A stretch of 64,000 nt of DNA from Lama glama (GCA_028534125.1 CM052816.1:51028001-51092000); one strand, 5' to 3'. Counted from the stretch's first letter, positions 40,381 through 53,459 are shown. Numbers and translations are program-made. Notes: a model not told the origin generated them from the sequence alone.

Positions 40381-41339
40381 AGTATAAAAAAGTATCTCTT
40401 TTGTGTGCAATTTCAACTAACATTCCTAGGCTAGAAAGATGGAAGTCCATCTTCCTTAAGAACCTCTCCCATTCTTGCATGGACTCACAATCTTTCCAGA
40501 GCTACTAACACAAACTTGACTCAACCAGGCTACCAGAACCAAGGAGACCAGCAATAATAATTTGAGTGACTCAGAGGATGGAACAACAGAAAATGTCTTA
40601 CTATCTCATCTAACAGAACCTGAGAGGAAGACAAACTAGATAAGAGGACATAGTTACTTCAGTGAACTCCTAAATAACATTTCAAACACAAGTGTGTACC
40701 TGAACGACAAAAACCTTTGAAAATGTTATGATTTTACAGATGCAACAATAGGAAACACTGATGGACACTGGACACTTGGGGATAAGCAATAAGGAGTCTG
40801 AAAATGTCCTGCACATAGACTTGATTTACCTGATGTAATTTGAGAGACCCCAAATTTCCCGGGATTAGCCTGCTACAATATTGAAATTTTCACCGTTACA
40901 GTAATTCTTTCCGTGGCTTAGAAACAGTCTGTAAGAACTCACTATAAAAATATAAATGTGTTTCAAAAATATATATATATATATAAATGTGTTTCAAATA
41001 TATTTGAAAATAAAAGTCATAGAATCATTAATAATTTATCATTTTTCAATTAGAGTTCAAATCCTGAGCAAAAGAAGAATTAAAAAGGAAGGCTTGATGA
41101 AAAAACTTGATGGAACAGAGGGAGAATTCCGGTAGGACCCTCAGGTAGCTAGGGGTTTACATAAGGACATAGGATGCAGCAGGGGTAGAAGGAACAGTCT
41201 TGCAATGACTTTGTGTCCTTCAGTAGTTTGCCTGGAGCCAGTCTTGCGGAGAATGACAGAGACTGGGAAGGGAAGGAGGAGTATACAGGGAGAGGATTCT
41301 GCATAAACACATGTCATTTCCTTTTGGGTCCGGTTTCAC

Positions 41340-41810
41340 ATGAGGACTTCCTATTGCCACTGTGACAAATCACCACAAACTCAGTGGCTTAAAACTACAC
41401 ACATTTATTATCTTATAGTTCTGGAGGTCAGAAGTCCTCAAATCAAGGTGACAGCAGGGTTGTACTCCTTCTGCAGCCTCTAGGGGAGAATTTATTTCCT
41501 TACCTTTTTCACTTCTAGAGGCCATCTGCATTCTTTCATTCATGGCTCCTTCCTTGTATTCCTCCAATGTCTACTTCTGTTGTCCCATCCATCTCCTACT
41601 CTCTGACTGCAACTCTCCTGTCTCCCTCTTTCTAAGAACTTTTGCAGTTACATTAGGTCCACCTGGATGAAAGAGAGTAATTTCCCCATCTCAACACTCT
41701 TAGTCACATCTGCAAAGTCCCCTTTGACATGAGAGCTAACATATTCATGAATACTGGGGACTAAGATGTGGACAACTTTGGGGAAGGGGGATTATTCTGT
41801 TCACCATACG
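41340..41810 (-). mobile_element. MLT1C/D-like solo LTR
   Basis: cctattgc.actgtgacaaat.accacaaactcagtggcttaaaac.acac..atttattatcttatagttctggaggtcagaagtcc...ggggattattctg..caccat. Confidence 0.85.
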
Positions 41811-43738
41811 GTCCATATCAAACACACACACCAAGAGTTTAGGGATTATATATCCTTCCCCTAGAACTAAATATAATTATGAGTAACAAGAATCAAAGCT
41901 GAAATCCTGTGAGGCTGTGCGGGAGGAGTCAGCTAGAAGTGTTAGTGGAGGATAGGAATGTTGTATGATGCCTTTGGCAGGCTCCTATTAGTGAATCACA
42001 ATGAGGATCTTTAGGATTTTGAAGCAGAGATGCCATCCTGTGCAGATAACTGCTCTCCTTTTGAGAAACAGCTTTTGGCTTTTTACTTGACCTTAGTAGA
42101 GCTGGAACACCTGACCCTGGGCCACCAAGTTACCATATGACCTGAGGCGCCCATCATGAAGTAGATATTGTCTGACTCACCAAGCCCATAAAGCTAGGCA
42201 TGCACAGCAGTGGCATTCCATCTTCAAGTAGAAGTGGTTCATAGAAAGCAGGCTCAAGCAAGTCTTGAAGGCAAAGGCAGTTGCATGAGAAAGTTGCCTA
42301 GATGCCCATGTCCTGACTCCTGTTAACTGTCCTCTCTCTCTCAACCCACACTTCTGGTCTCACGGAGAGTTCTCCATGAGCAGTAAACTAAGAAAGAAAA
42401 AACTCCTGCTTGGTTTACAGATGATTCTACTCAATATATGTAGGCACAACCTGAAAGTGGGTGGCTGTAGCAATAGAGCCCCATGCCAGGATGGCCTTCA
42501 TGAACAGTGGTAAAGAGAAATCCTGCTCGTGGAGAGAAGTCTGAGTGAGGTACCTGGTAGTTCATTTTGCCTGGAAGGGAAAATAACCAGAGGTACAAGT
42601 CTACAGTAATTCTTGAGGTATGGCTAATGGTTTGGCTGGGTTTTGTCAGGGACTTACAAGAAATACTATTAGAAAATTTGGTAACAAAAAGATCTGAAGA
42701 AGAAATATTTTGATAAAACATTTCTAAATAGGCACAGAATGCAAAAACTTTTGTGTCCCATGTGAATGCTCACCAACGTGTGACCTCAACAAAGTGGGAG
42801 TAATAGTCGTGTCGATAGGATGAGATGTTCTACGGATGTCAGTGAACTTTTTTCTCCATCTATTTCCATCATTGCCAAATGGGCTCAAATAAAATGGCCA
42901 CTGTGGCAGGGATAGAGATAATACATGAACTTAGCAAAATGTACCACTCATCAAGGCTTATCTGGCTAAAGTACTGCTGAGTAGTCAGTCTGCTAGTGGC
43001 AGAGACCAATATTAAACCCCTAAAATGGCACCATTCTCCAGGGACAATCAACCAGATACCTGATTGTGTATTGATTACATTAACCACTTCTGTCATGGGA
43101 AGAGCAGTGCTTTGTTCTCATTGGATAAGCACTTACCATAGGCATGGATTTCTCTTCCTTGTCACAATGCTTCTGCTACTATCTGTGGACTGACAGAATG
43201 CCTTATCCACCATCATGGTATTTCATAGCACTGCTTCCAGCCAAGCATTTCACAGCAAATGAAGTGCAGCCGATGAGCCCATTTCCGTGGAATTCCCTGG
43301 TCTTCCCATAATGCCCATCACCCTGAAGTAGCTGACTTGATAGAACAACAGAATGGCTTTTTGAAGACTCAGTTATAGTGCCAGATGGGTAATAGTAACT
43401 TTCAGAGCTGGGGCAATATGGACCAGGAGTAGCATACAATCTAACAACAAATGTACAGTTCTGTTGCTCCTATAACCAGGATTCATGAACCTGGGGATCA
43501 AGGAATAGAAATAGGAATGGCAGCTCTCACTACTACCTCTAGTGATTCACTAACAAAGTTTTGCTTTCCATCCCTGCAACTTTAGGCTCAGCTGGTTTGA
43601 AAGCTTTAGATCCCAAGACAGGAATGCTTTCACCAAGAGGCAAAACAATGATTCCACTGAACTGGAAATTGAGACTATCACATAGCCACTTTGAGGTCCT
43701 CATGCCTATGGATCAACTGGCAAAGAAAGGGATTACTT

Positions 43739-43944
43739 TAGTGGTTCCCAACCGGGGATTATTTTGTACAGAGGACATCTGCAATGTCTGGAGACATTTT
43801 TTGTTGTCATAACTGCAGGAGGAGAGTGTACTAGCACCCGGTGGGTAGAGCTCAAGGATGCTGCTAAACATCCTACAATGCACAAGGCAGACTACCGCAA
43901 CAAAGAATTATCTGGTCCAAAATGCCAATAGTAAGGGAATCCTG
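43739..43944 (+). mobile_element. MER20 (hAT-Charlie) inserted into the ERV-L dUTPase region
   Basis: tagtggttcccaaccgggg...gcaatgtctggagacatttt...gtgggtagag..caaggatgctgctaaacatcctacaatgcaca...caacaaagaattatctgg.ccaaaatg.caatagt...cctg. Confidence 0.88.
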
Positions 43945-44265
43945 GACTGCTCGAATGAGACTGGTGACTGACCCTCACTATTAAGGGGAAATTGGACTGA
44001 TACTGCACAATGAAGCCAAAGAGAAGCCTTGTTTAGTATTTCCATGTTCTGTGATTAAAGTCAATGGAAAACTATGACAAGTCAACTCATGCAAGACTTC
44101 TGATGGTCCAGGAACTTCAGGAATAAATGTTTAGATTACTACATAAGGCAAGAAACTCCAACTAGCAGAAGAAGGCAATTATAAATACCAGCGAGACCAT
44201 GTGACTAACTGCAGAAATGAGGAGTATGGTAGTTGTATTTCTTCCTTATTTTGATATGAACATCT

Positions 44266-44292
44266 GTGTGTGTGTGTGTATACATATACCAA

Positions 44293-44331
<39 letters not shown>

Positions 44332-44361
44332 TATACATATATATATATATATACACACACA
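44266..44361. repeat. Compound microsatellite (TG)n / (CA)n / (TA)n / (CA)n
   Basis: Directly visible dinucleotide runs. Confidence 0.95.
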
Positions 44362-44686
44362 CCCCAAATATTTTTATTTTCTTTCCTACTGTCATTTCCT
44401 GAGCATCTAACGTAAGATGTATGGATAGTTGCTAACCATATATTTCAGTATTTAAGTTACAGGATAACAAAGAGGGAGTTTGAATAACTTAAAAGAAGAA
44501 GGAATATGACTAAAAATATAAAAAGGAATTAGTATCCACTTAGGGGGAAAGCATTAGCATATTTTTAGTTGTACACAGGGTAGTTGTATTAGGTTAGGAA
44601 GAATGGTGGCTGTTAAAGTATTTATTTTTAGATATAAATATAGTTTACAGAGATGTATATAGCTGCCAAGTTGACAATGGGCAGAC

Positions 44687-45300
44687 TATGGTGGTTTTGT
44701 AATATACCAGTATACCTAGACTGAACCCTGTTTCCTAGAATTCACTTCCCTTTATGTTTCTGGTTAAGGTGGACCATACTTGAAAGAACTAATTGCATGC
44801 TATTTAAAAGGTGGAAGTGAAGCAGCAGCCACATTGTTTTTAACCTTCAAAAGGTGGAGTCAGGTACATTGGTAGCTTAAGCACATTATCACTTATCTGC
44901 TGGTTTACCTTGTTGACACAGGGCAGCACCCAGGCCTACAGCTGCTCCACCCTCTCCTGGGATCCTCCTTCAACTTCTTCAGTTCCTGGAACATTTGTCT
45001 GGCTCTGTAACAAAGGGCACTATTTTATCATGGATGGAGGCAGTGAAAACTGACACAGGTCCTACTTCATTCGCATGATCCCGGCTCTTCTTCATGGATT
45101 CTAGCTTGTCCCTGCTCTCCCCCATTCTACATCCATCTTCCCTTCCCAATTGTTTGCTATGCAGACTTCAAGTTTTACCATCCGACATGAAGACAAGAGG
45201 CCCACGAAGACTATGTAATCAGCATCCACAGTTACATATAAGGTCAGATCTCTGTAAGAATCCCATACATACACATACACACATATTTTTACAGGTCTCT
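44687..45300 (+). mobile_element. 3' LTR of the ERV-L element (MLT2-family)
   Basis: Starts tatggtggttttgtaat immediately after the PPT and contains tttcctagaattcacttccc..tatgtttctggtta.ggtgg. The right end is approximate. Confidence 0.7.
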
Positions 45301-47904
45301 TTCATGGCCCTGGAAGTGTCCCTAGCATTATGTTCTCATGAAAGTATGTTTTTGAAAATGTGGTACAAATAAACTATTTCAAATTCAACTTCTAAAAAAT
45401 TTAATTAGTTACTGTTTTCTCTTCCTAAATAGATAATCACTTTCATGCCTGACTTACATTTATAATTTCATATTCCTTTTCTTAAAGAGGGTCTTCTAAA
45501 TGGTAGGTGCTTCAAAATCTGCACGTCTCTGCAAGTGCAGAGGTCTTCATGCACTTGAGGTCAGCTCAGAATAGATTTCCCTGAAAACAAATAAGAAAAC
45601 CCATCTACATCTGCAAGATGAAATAACACAAACTGCAAGCAAATGGAGAAGGTTGGCAAGTCCTGAGTTCTGACCACAAGGCATTTAACCATGAAGTGAA
45701 TTCATTGCCATTTGCATTAAAGAAAATATCACTGTAAGACGGAAGGCTGTACTGGAAAATTTGGCTCAATCTTGGAACACGCACATCCTTAACAAGAAGA
45801 GGGATGGAATCAAGGGCACAGGAACTGCAGAAAGGGAGAAAGACCAATTAAGGTTAGAACATTTATCCAAATCTCCACAAGCCTAATCTCCTGGACCTTG
45901 GATCCTCCCAAAGAGGAGAAAAATTTGTAATACATAAAGAGATTTCCAGCTCTCACTGGAAAGATTCATTGAAGTAGGAATAAGAAGATGCCTTGTTAAG
46001 ATTGCTGAATAAGTTTCTGAATCCAATGCCTCACATAAATGTGACAACAAACTCTTAAGGCCAGAGATGAGTTTTGCTCAGAATGATGACATTGCTGGAT
46101 AAAAATAAATGTTTTGAAAAATACCTTATCACTGTAATAGAGTTGAAAATAAAATTTAGCTTCTTAAGCAAAAACTGTGATATATGCACTCTCCAGTTAA
46201 GTATTTTACTAAGAACAAAAATTTCTTTGCTTCATATATCTAAGCTTTTCTGTGATAACTTCTAAGACCTATTATGCATCTTTTATGGCCTAAACGTAGA
46301 GGCTTTTGAAACATCTTTTAAGTTTTTTAACATTATAAAACCACACTTATCTTATATATGTAACAGGATGGATGAATAAAAGAAAGAGATGAGTCAATAG
46401 ATGAAGAGCTGTTATTTTAAGCCTGATAGTAGTTTGACCTGGGCAGATTAAAAAGAAAGAATTCTGATGATGAAGAAAGGTTCTTTTCTTTGAGAGCAAC
46501 ACCATATGTTATTCCCTAACCTTTATTAAGAGTCTGTGATACTCACATCAATGTCAGACAGCAGGTCAAGGAACTGAGAAGAGTGGTTGAAGATGAAGCC
46601 ACCAGAGGGTGGGTGGGGGTGAGGGGTGTCTGAAAATCAACAGAGGCAGGAAATCAAAACTAGAATAAACAACAAAAATGTAAGTCACTACTGCTCCTGC
46701 CACTAATCCATCCTCTGGCTGAATTTTCGGCTATCTTGGGGGAACAGACTTATTCCTCACATTAAGGGGACTCAAATCACTTAATTAGGAGAGTAAAGGA
46801 TGACTCCAGAGGATTCGGGGAACATCCAAGTGGCCACCATGAGGATTACATGTGTTACAAAATAGTAACCATTAGAACAAATGAATTTCACTACCAACAT
46901 TTGTCCTATTTTGTCCTCATAAAATACCAGAAGGTCCAAATCACACTTTAAATTCCATTTATTTGGAACTAGAGGTTTTGCTCTAGTACCATTTGGTCCT
47001 TATAAAATATTGTTGATCTCATCTCAGTAACTGAAAGTATCATATAGCAAGCATTGTAAGTCCCATTATAAAAAGAGAAATCTGAAATAAAGACAGATTG
47101 TTCCAAAGAGTCACAGAGTAACTGGATCTGTTCATTATTTTTCTAACTATTATGGAGTGAGGGCATGAAAAGCACAAGCAGGGATACAGGCAGAAGGGAC
47201 AGTTGTGCAGTATTCTCCCCAGAAGGTCGTGTCCCCTCTATGCGTCTCCACTGCGGAAGGGCAAGAGGCTTCTCCACCCCAACCCTCAGAAGGAAATCTG
47301 TAACACTAAGGTTTCTCTGAGGGCCTTGTCTCAGCCATTTTCTCCCCTCTCTGGGATGTGTTTTAACTTTTTTCTATACCCTAGATCCTTCTTCCTAGAC
47401 CAGGGGCTCCTGACTACAGAGACAATCACTTTGGTGGGATGCCCACGTGGCTTGTTAGCAATGATTGTCTACACTGTTTGCATAACTTAGAAAATATCCA
47501 AGGGCTGCCCTATAATAACACGACTTTCACATTCCAATATGCTTTTTTGAGTGAGAAAGCCCCAGTTTTTCCCCCTAGGAATTGTCTGTAGCCTGTAGCT
47601 ATCTATTCCAGCTACCCATGGACCTTTATGCAGCAGGGATCTATCTCAAAGGACTACCAGGCAGTAGGGTCCCCAAAATTGGGGCACAGAGTAACAATAT
47701 GTGGGCATGTCTATGGGAGTGTATTACATCATTGTTCATAATGTCACAGTAGGCCAAAAAAATCCACCACAACCTCAGAGCTGCCACCGTACCCTACGAC
47801 ATACTCAGGTTTCCTCCATCTTATTAAAATAGCTGTTTTAAATTTTCTGAAAAACTGCTTAGATATAAAATAAAAATGCAACAAATAAATTCTAATTCAT
47901 CTAA

Positions 47905-48260
47905 GCCTCTGTATAAGTCTGATTTCCAACAAGAAGCAGGCACTCTCAAAATAGGATAATTTAAGGAGGGTTTATTTACAAAGGGACCATTTACGAAGGT
48001 CCCAGTAGGCGACAGGAGACCCACAAAGGACAGTGCAGTAGCCAGGGGCTGCTAGCAATGGAGTTGTTACCATCTCTGAGCCCAAAGGGACAAGTGAATA
48101 AGAAACTACTGAAACCCAGGACAGAGTCATGTCTAGGAGGCCATCTTAAAAGAAGCAATGACCTTCAGAGAAGGAATACAAGCAGTTCAAGTTTTCCCCC
48201 CTAAGAGAAAACAGGGGGAATAAATACCCTGAGCTATCTCTATTCTCTCTTTTCCATGGA
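47905..48260 (-). mobile_element. Old ERVL-class solo LTR (LTR41-like, subfamily uncertain)
   Basis: gtataagtc...ccaacaagaagcaggcactctcaaaataggataattt.aggagggttta...caaagggaccatttac.aaggt. Confidence 0.55.
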
Positions 48261-48269
48261 GTGTGATGT

Positions 48270-49670
48270 TCATCAAAGACCTCCTACTGACCAAATCCAA
48301 GGAATAAACACTGCTTAGTTCTCTTCTTATTTGATTTCTCTCCAGCATTTGACGTAACTGACCACTCCCCTCATCTTGAAAGCTTTTTCCTTTTGATTTC
48401 TGAGACACTATTCTTTTCTTGGTTTCTTCCTTCTCTGATTGCTCCTACTAGATTTCTTTTTCTTATCCTACTCCATAAGTAATGGTGTTCCACAGAGCTC
48501 TATTATCTAACTATCCCTTCTCCTTGGGTGATCTCATTAATTTCTCCATCACCACTACCACCTTGTTTTCAATTTTCCCCCTATACCCATTACTGTTGGT
48601 CTTAGTTTGGGTTTCCTCAGAAGCAGAACCTGAGACAAAGGTTTGAATGCAAGCAGTTTATTTTGGGGTGATGCCAGGAAATATCATTAGGGGATCAGGT
48701 AATAAAACAGGGCAAAGAAGAGACTTAATGAAGTGAGTATTATCAAGCAAAGATGCCCCACTGGGCGAAAGAGCTTAGTCTTACTAGGAAGCTCCAGGAA
48801 AAGGTATAAAACACACTCCAGAATTATTCCAGTCAAGGAGCAAATGAGCTGGAGTATTTACACACAACCTCTAAGAATCATTGCATCAAGGCTACACCCA
48901 GGGGGCATTAATTCCTTAGCACTTCCAGCCTGCCATGAACACAGGTAAAGCAGCCACTAAGGACAGTTACTGGCCATGGAGAGATGGGCCAAGATGTACT
49001 GAAACGGTAAAGTGCAAAGCAATATGGGTTGCACACTGACAGCATTTATTTGCTACATTTCTAAATTTCTATTTCTAGTCCAGATCTCTTCATTTTGCCT
49101 CATATTCATATATCCACCTACTCAGACCTCTATTATAGGACAGGAATCTTGCATCTCCCACTCTCACTCCCACCCTCACCTGTTTTTTCCTGATTCCAGA
49201 GATTGGCATCACCTTCCACTAGCACCCAAAACAAGATATCTAACAGTCATTTATGACATTCCAATTGGCTGCTATGTCTTATGGAACCAACCACTGAATC
49301 CTCCAAAATCCTCTCAATGGCCCCTCCATTACCTCAAGATTCTAAGTCTTTAGTTGAGCACAGTGATCTGTTTGCTCTCTTCATTTCCAGCTGCATCACA
49401 CTTTCACTTCTCTCAATACACTGTATGTGCCTACACAGACACACGTACTCATAGTTCTCTGCACATGAGAAAGTCCAGTCTTTGCATATGTTTCCTTCTG
49501 CTATATCTGTCCTTCTTCACATTACCTGTCTGCTCAACTCCTACTCATGTCAAACATCACTTTCTTTGCCGTATTTTTCCAGACCTCCCAGGAAGGCAGG
49601 CATCTCTTGGGCTATACTTCTGCAGCACTAACAATTACAGGACAATAATCACACACCTACTGTGTTAATA
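48270..49670 (+). mobile_element. L2 fragments interrupted by an LTR at ~48598-49050
   Basis: Pyrimidine-rich L2-like text (ccaaatccaa.g...cagcatttgac..aactgaccactccc...ttgggtgatctcat) resumes after the LTR (ctatttctagtccagatctct...). Confidence 0.6.
48598..49050 (-). mobile_element. ERVL-class solo LTR (LTR40/LTR33-like)
   Basis: gtcttagtttgggtttcctcagaagcagaacctgagacaaaggtttgaatgcaagcagtttattttggggtgatgccaggaaa; related copies at ~59560 and ~60368. Confidence 0.65.
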
Positions 49671-52600
49671 ATAAAAGTACCCATGGGAATAGTTTAAGTT
49701 CTTTACTTAAAAATCAGAACATGCCAGAACTGATGCAAAAAGACATATACCTGATGGACAAGCATAAAAGTGTTCACGATAATGTTCAACATTAGCTATG
49801 AAGACCAAAGACCCTCTTTTAAGAGGTTCTTTCTTCAGTCAAAAGCTCTCTTCTTGAGTCATGAACAGACTCAGTTCCAAGAGTCCACCATGATGGCTCA
49901 AATAAGGTTTTTTTACACTAAAACTAGATTTATTATTATTATTCAGATGAACAAGTATTTCAGTGGACTGCTTAGCTACATGGGTCATGGAACATTTTAC
50001 CATCGATAAACATAATCTAATCTGATTAAACCTTTCAGCCCCTTAAGGTTGCTGTGCTGCTACCTGATACCTATCACTCTAGGATCCCTGCATCCTTATG
50101 AGACTAAGGACTCCAGTTCAAGTTTAGCATTTCTTATATTCACCCACAGCCTAGAGAGGACAATCACTAGAGCACTTTTCAAAAATGCTGACACTATGTT
50201 CCCAATGTATTTCTCAGTGCTATGACAAACGGAGGGTCCTCTGGTCTTTCACAGAGGAAAATAGTCATCAGGATGGAGAACAGGTTATACATGATGAATC
50301 CATTCCTATATGCCAATTTTCAAACTTCAAATTTCTTTTCTTTCTTTATAGTATACGAAGAAATTTCTAGCCTACCTCATTTAATGTCTGTCACTGTTGA
50401 GTTCAGATTTCTATCAACCAACCGAGAAAACTCTTAGAAATACTCTCAGCTGCTCAAACGAACACAATTAATTAAAAAATTTGGTAAGAGAACCTATGTC
50501 AAAAAATTCAGCCTGATTTAAAATTATACACCTCACTCTCTGAGCTCGCACCTCTGGAATCCATTCCCACATATATTCCTCAAGTCTTTTTTACATAAAT
50601 TAGCAAGACCTTGCAATTTTATTCTCCCATATTTAACTTTGCAGTTGGTTCCCTAGGATATACTAGAATGTGAAACTAATTTTCTAGAGACATTGAGGAA
50701 AATGGTCAAATAACTATCTCTGGTGAGGTCATCAAACAGTCTTCAAAGCAAGGCAGGAATAGTTTCATCTCAGAGAGGATGATTCTACTAGCAAGAAAAA
50801 TCTAATGGAGTTTGGGAATTCAATATTACGTTGTCTAAATTCTCCCAAAAGTTACCATTCCGATTTTAAGGTTCTTTTATTTTGATATCAATGTTCCCGT
50901 GTACATATAAGACCTGGCAAGGCTGTAAATTTCACCTGCAATGCAGTTTACCAATTTGCAGGTTCAGACCTGTGTCTTATTTTCAATTATGCCAGCCCTC
51001 TGACAAGAAGTAAGAGATCCTTGTAGATTAGTTATAGAAACTCCCTGGATTTTTTGTCATGTCTTGAGCTGTGAATTTAAACTCCTGAGCTATCATTTTC
51101 TCTCTGTAAGCCCTCCATCACAGCTAGAAAAAGCCAACCCAGATTGAACAATAAATTATCTTGATACTTCATGTACCTGCAGCCTAGCACAGCAGCTATT
51201 TATACCACCGACGGACACTCAAAGCAACCACAATGAAAATTTCTTTATGGAATGCAATGGGCTATCAGCTTCCCTTACTCTAATGCTAATAAAGTCCCTT
51301 CTGGTTTTAAGCTAAAGAGAGTCAGATAATCAGTCCAAGATTCCCAATTTCTTGAGGGTGTGTTCCCTGCAATCATCTTTATGTACTTAAATTAAGATTC
51401 TTAGTAGCATACTTAAGAATCTACTCTAGCTATTAAAACAGAAAGGAATTCACTATAGACTATTAGAAGCTTACTGAATTCTGAGACAGCTACAATCTAC
51501 ATTCACAGCGAAGAACAATGCAGCCAAAAGAAATGTCCAACGTGAGACTGTTTTATCAGAAATCCAACAATCATTATCACTCATACTTGGCATCAAAGAT
51601 GAGATGAGGCTATAAAACCATCACCACAGCTGCCCAGACGATCCAATTTCTCTGTGCACGACACCCTACCCCACATTGTTCTCAACTGCTTTCTAAGTTT
51701 TGTGCACGGTATCTTAATAGAACCTAGGTCATGGGTGAGATCCTAGTTAGGAAAATGCAATAGTTTTTAAACATAAGATCTCTTTAACACAGAAGTCATA
51801 TTAGAGAAGCTTTGGTGAGGATGCAGAGTGAGCCATTGTTCAGTTATCTTCCAAGAACTGAAAAGGATTATATAAGATCAGTGGTGGCTCCAAAATTATA
51901 TTAAAGAAGAGTTTATGGGACACTATCTCATTGGAAAGGGGCTTGGAGTGGTATGTGCATAGCAAGCACACTGTTTTTACTTAATTTGGTTGTTTAATTC
52001 AAGTGGCACCTATGAAAGCTGATGGAGGTCTAAATCAGACAAATGAGACAAGCTTTGGCACCACAACCAAATGGAAAAGGTAAGATACTGCCAAGAGTAT
52101 CATTACTCCTTCACAGATTGAACTGCACCACCTATGAATAGCAAAGTAAGTGATGAGGACGCCCTTGAATAAAGTGTTCTACCATATTGACAGCAGTCTT
52201 CCCTAAACAGTTCTGTGAAAGAGGGGAAAAGGACTATTTTTAAAAATAAAATTGGGACATAATTTCTGAAAAATGCTAACTATGTTATATTTTAAATTCT
52301 GAACTTCCAGATAACCTTATAGTATTTCTCTATTTGTCACGTGCAAACTGGCACAGGCAAGGAGGACCAAATGTGTTTTCCCTTCTCTATATTGCATCGT
52401 TCTTTTTTGGGGGTCTCCTTAACTTGCTATATTCTTTTGCTTTCAAGAACTTTGGGGCAGCAATAACACTGACCTCTGTGGGATTCCTGAGATACCTTTT
52501 TCATTGCTCCAAGTCTATCTAAGAAGGCCAGTGGATGCTCCAAGATGTAGTCTTTGCATGCATTTGTTTTAAAAAAAAATCAAGTTTTTTGGTGAAAACC

Positions 52601-52686
52601 TTATATTGCAAGTCAAACAGCAAAGAATACAAACAGCTGCTTTCAGGGCCTATTGTGGACTTCGTGTGGGAGAGGGACCTGTGCTG

Positions 52687-52989
52687 TTAAACATAAATCT
52701 TGCATATCTGTTGGCTTCTCAGTTCATAGCATTCGGCTCCCTGGCTCCTGAGCAGCTCCTTCTCTTCTGCTACATCTCGAGCTTTCATCTGAGGGAAGTG
52801 GGCCGGAGAGGCGAAGAAATTGTAGTGCCGGTCCAGATACCGCAGGTAGATAAGCATGTGCAGGGCGTACGCCAACACCAGCAGCAGGATCAGAGACATT
52901 GCCAGGCCAATCAGAATTGCTGGCGAGAAGGAAGAGGCACAGTCTCGAGCTCTGGCAAATTGTTCCCCCTTGATGGTAAAGCCTTGGAT
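52687..52989 (-). CDS. ATP6AP1L: ATP6AP1L last coding exon (303 nt to TAA): IQGFTIKGEQFARARDCASSFSPAILIGLAMSLILLLVLAYALHMLIYLRYLDRHY...SQQICKIYV*
   Basis: Acceptor ctctttcctttctcctgacag|ATC, phase 0, matching the upstream donor. It carries the Ac45/VOA1 signature DFQ|IQxF...F..A.DC.SxFSP.I..GL followed by a hydrophobic TM helix and LHML...LDR. The stop is at 52689-52687. Confidence 0.96.
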   Translation of the reverse strand: MQGFTIKGEQFARARDCASSFSPAILIGLAMSLILLLVLAYALHMLIYLRYLDRHYNFFASPAHFPQMKARDVAEEKELLRSQGAECYELRSQQICKIYV

Positions 52990-53459
52990 CTGTCAGGAGA
53001 AAGGAAAGAGCTGAAGTGATAAATTCTTTCCTCCTAAGACCTACTTCCCAGTTGGGCTAGGGGTCCTGGACCCCTAATTAGTCAAATTTAAATACTGTGG
53101 CCATATTTTCTGAATAATTTAAACACATTATCTAACAAATATGACTACGTTTTGGAGGAGAGTGAAATTTAATTTTAAATCAAGACTGACCCAGAAACTC
53201 TGGGATAGATGGTTGTTATAATTAAGAAGCCAGTAAAGTTTTCAAGGCTCTGAAATAAAACCTCTTTTAATCTGAATCTTGGTTCATCTAAAACCACAAT
53301 GTCTGGTGTCTCCAAAATTTTATAAGTGTTAATAAAAATTTCACAAAGAATATTAAGTCTTGGTTCCTCTGCCTTTGATTCTGTTGACAGGAAGTAGGTA
53401 GGAAGAGTCTTTTAAGAGAAGAAGATATCATGATTCCCAATGACATAAAATATAGATAA

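Larger units (their letters stand above)
41930..44686 (+). mobile_element. ERV-L internal region fossil (pol RNase H, integrase, dUTPase, PPT), 5'-truncated and degraded
   Basis: Translations DNCSPFEKQLLAFYLTLVELEHLTLGHQVT, AWFTDDS, FVSHVNAHQ, and the dUTPase-like LGSAGLKALDPKTGMLSPRGKTMIPLNWKLRLSHSHFEVLMPMDQLAKKGIT. It ends with gccaagttgacaatgggcagac before the LTR. Many stops and frameshifts. Confidence 0.9.

Noticed and set aside
52606..53019. 137-aa plus-strand ORF
   Set aside because: Antisense shadow of the ATP6AP1L last exon; non-ATG start and no recognisable protein features.
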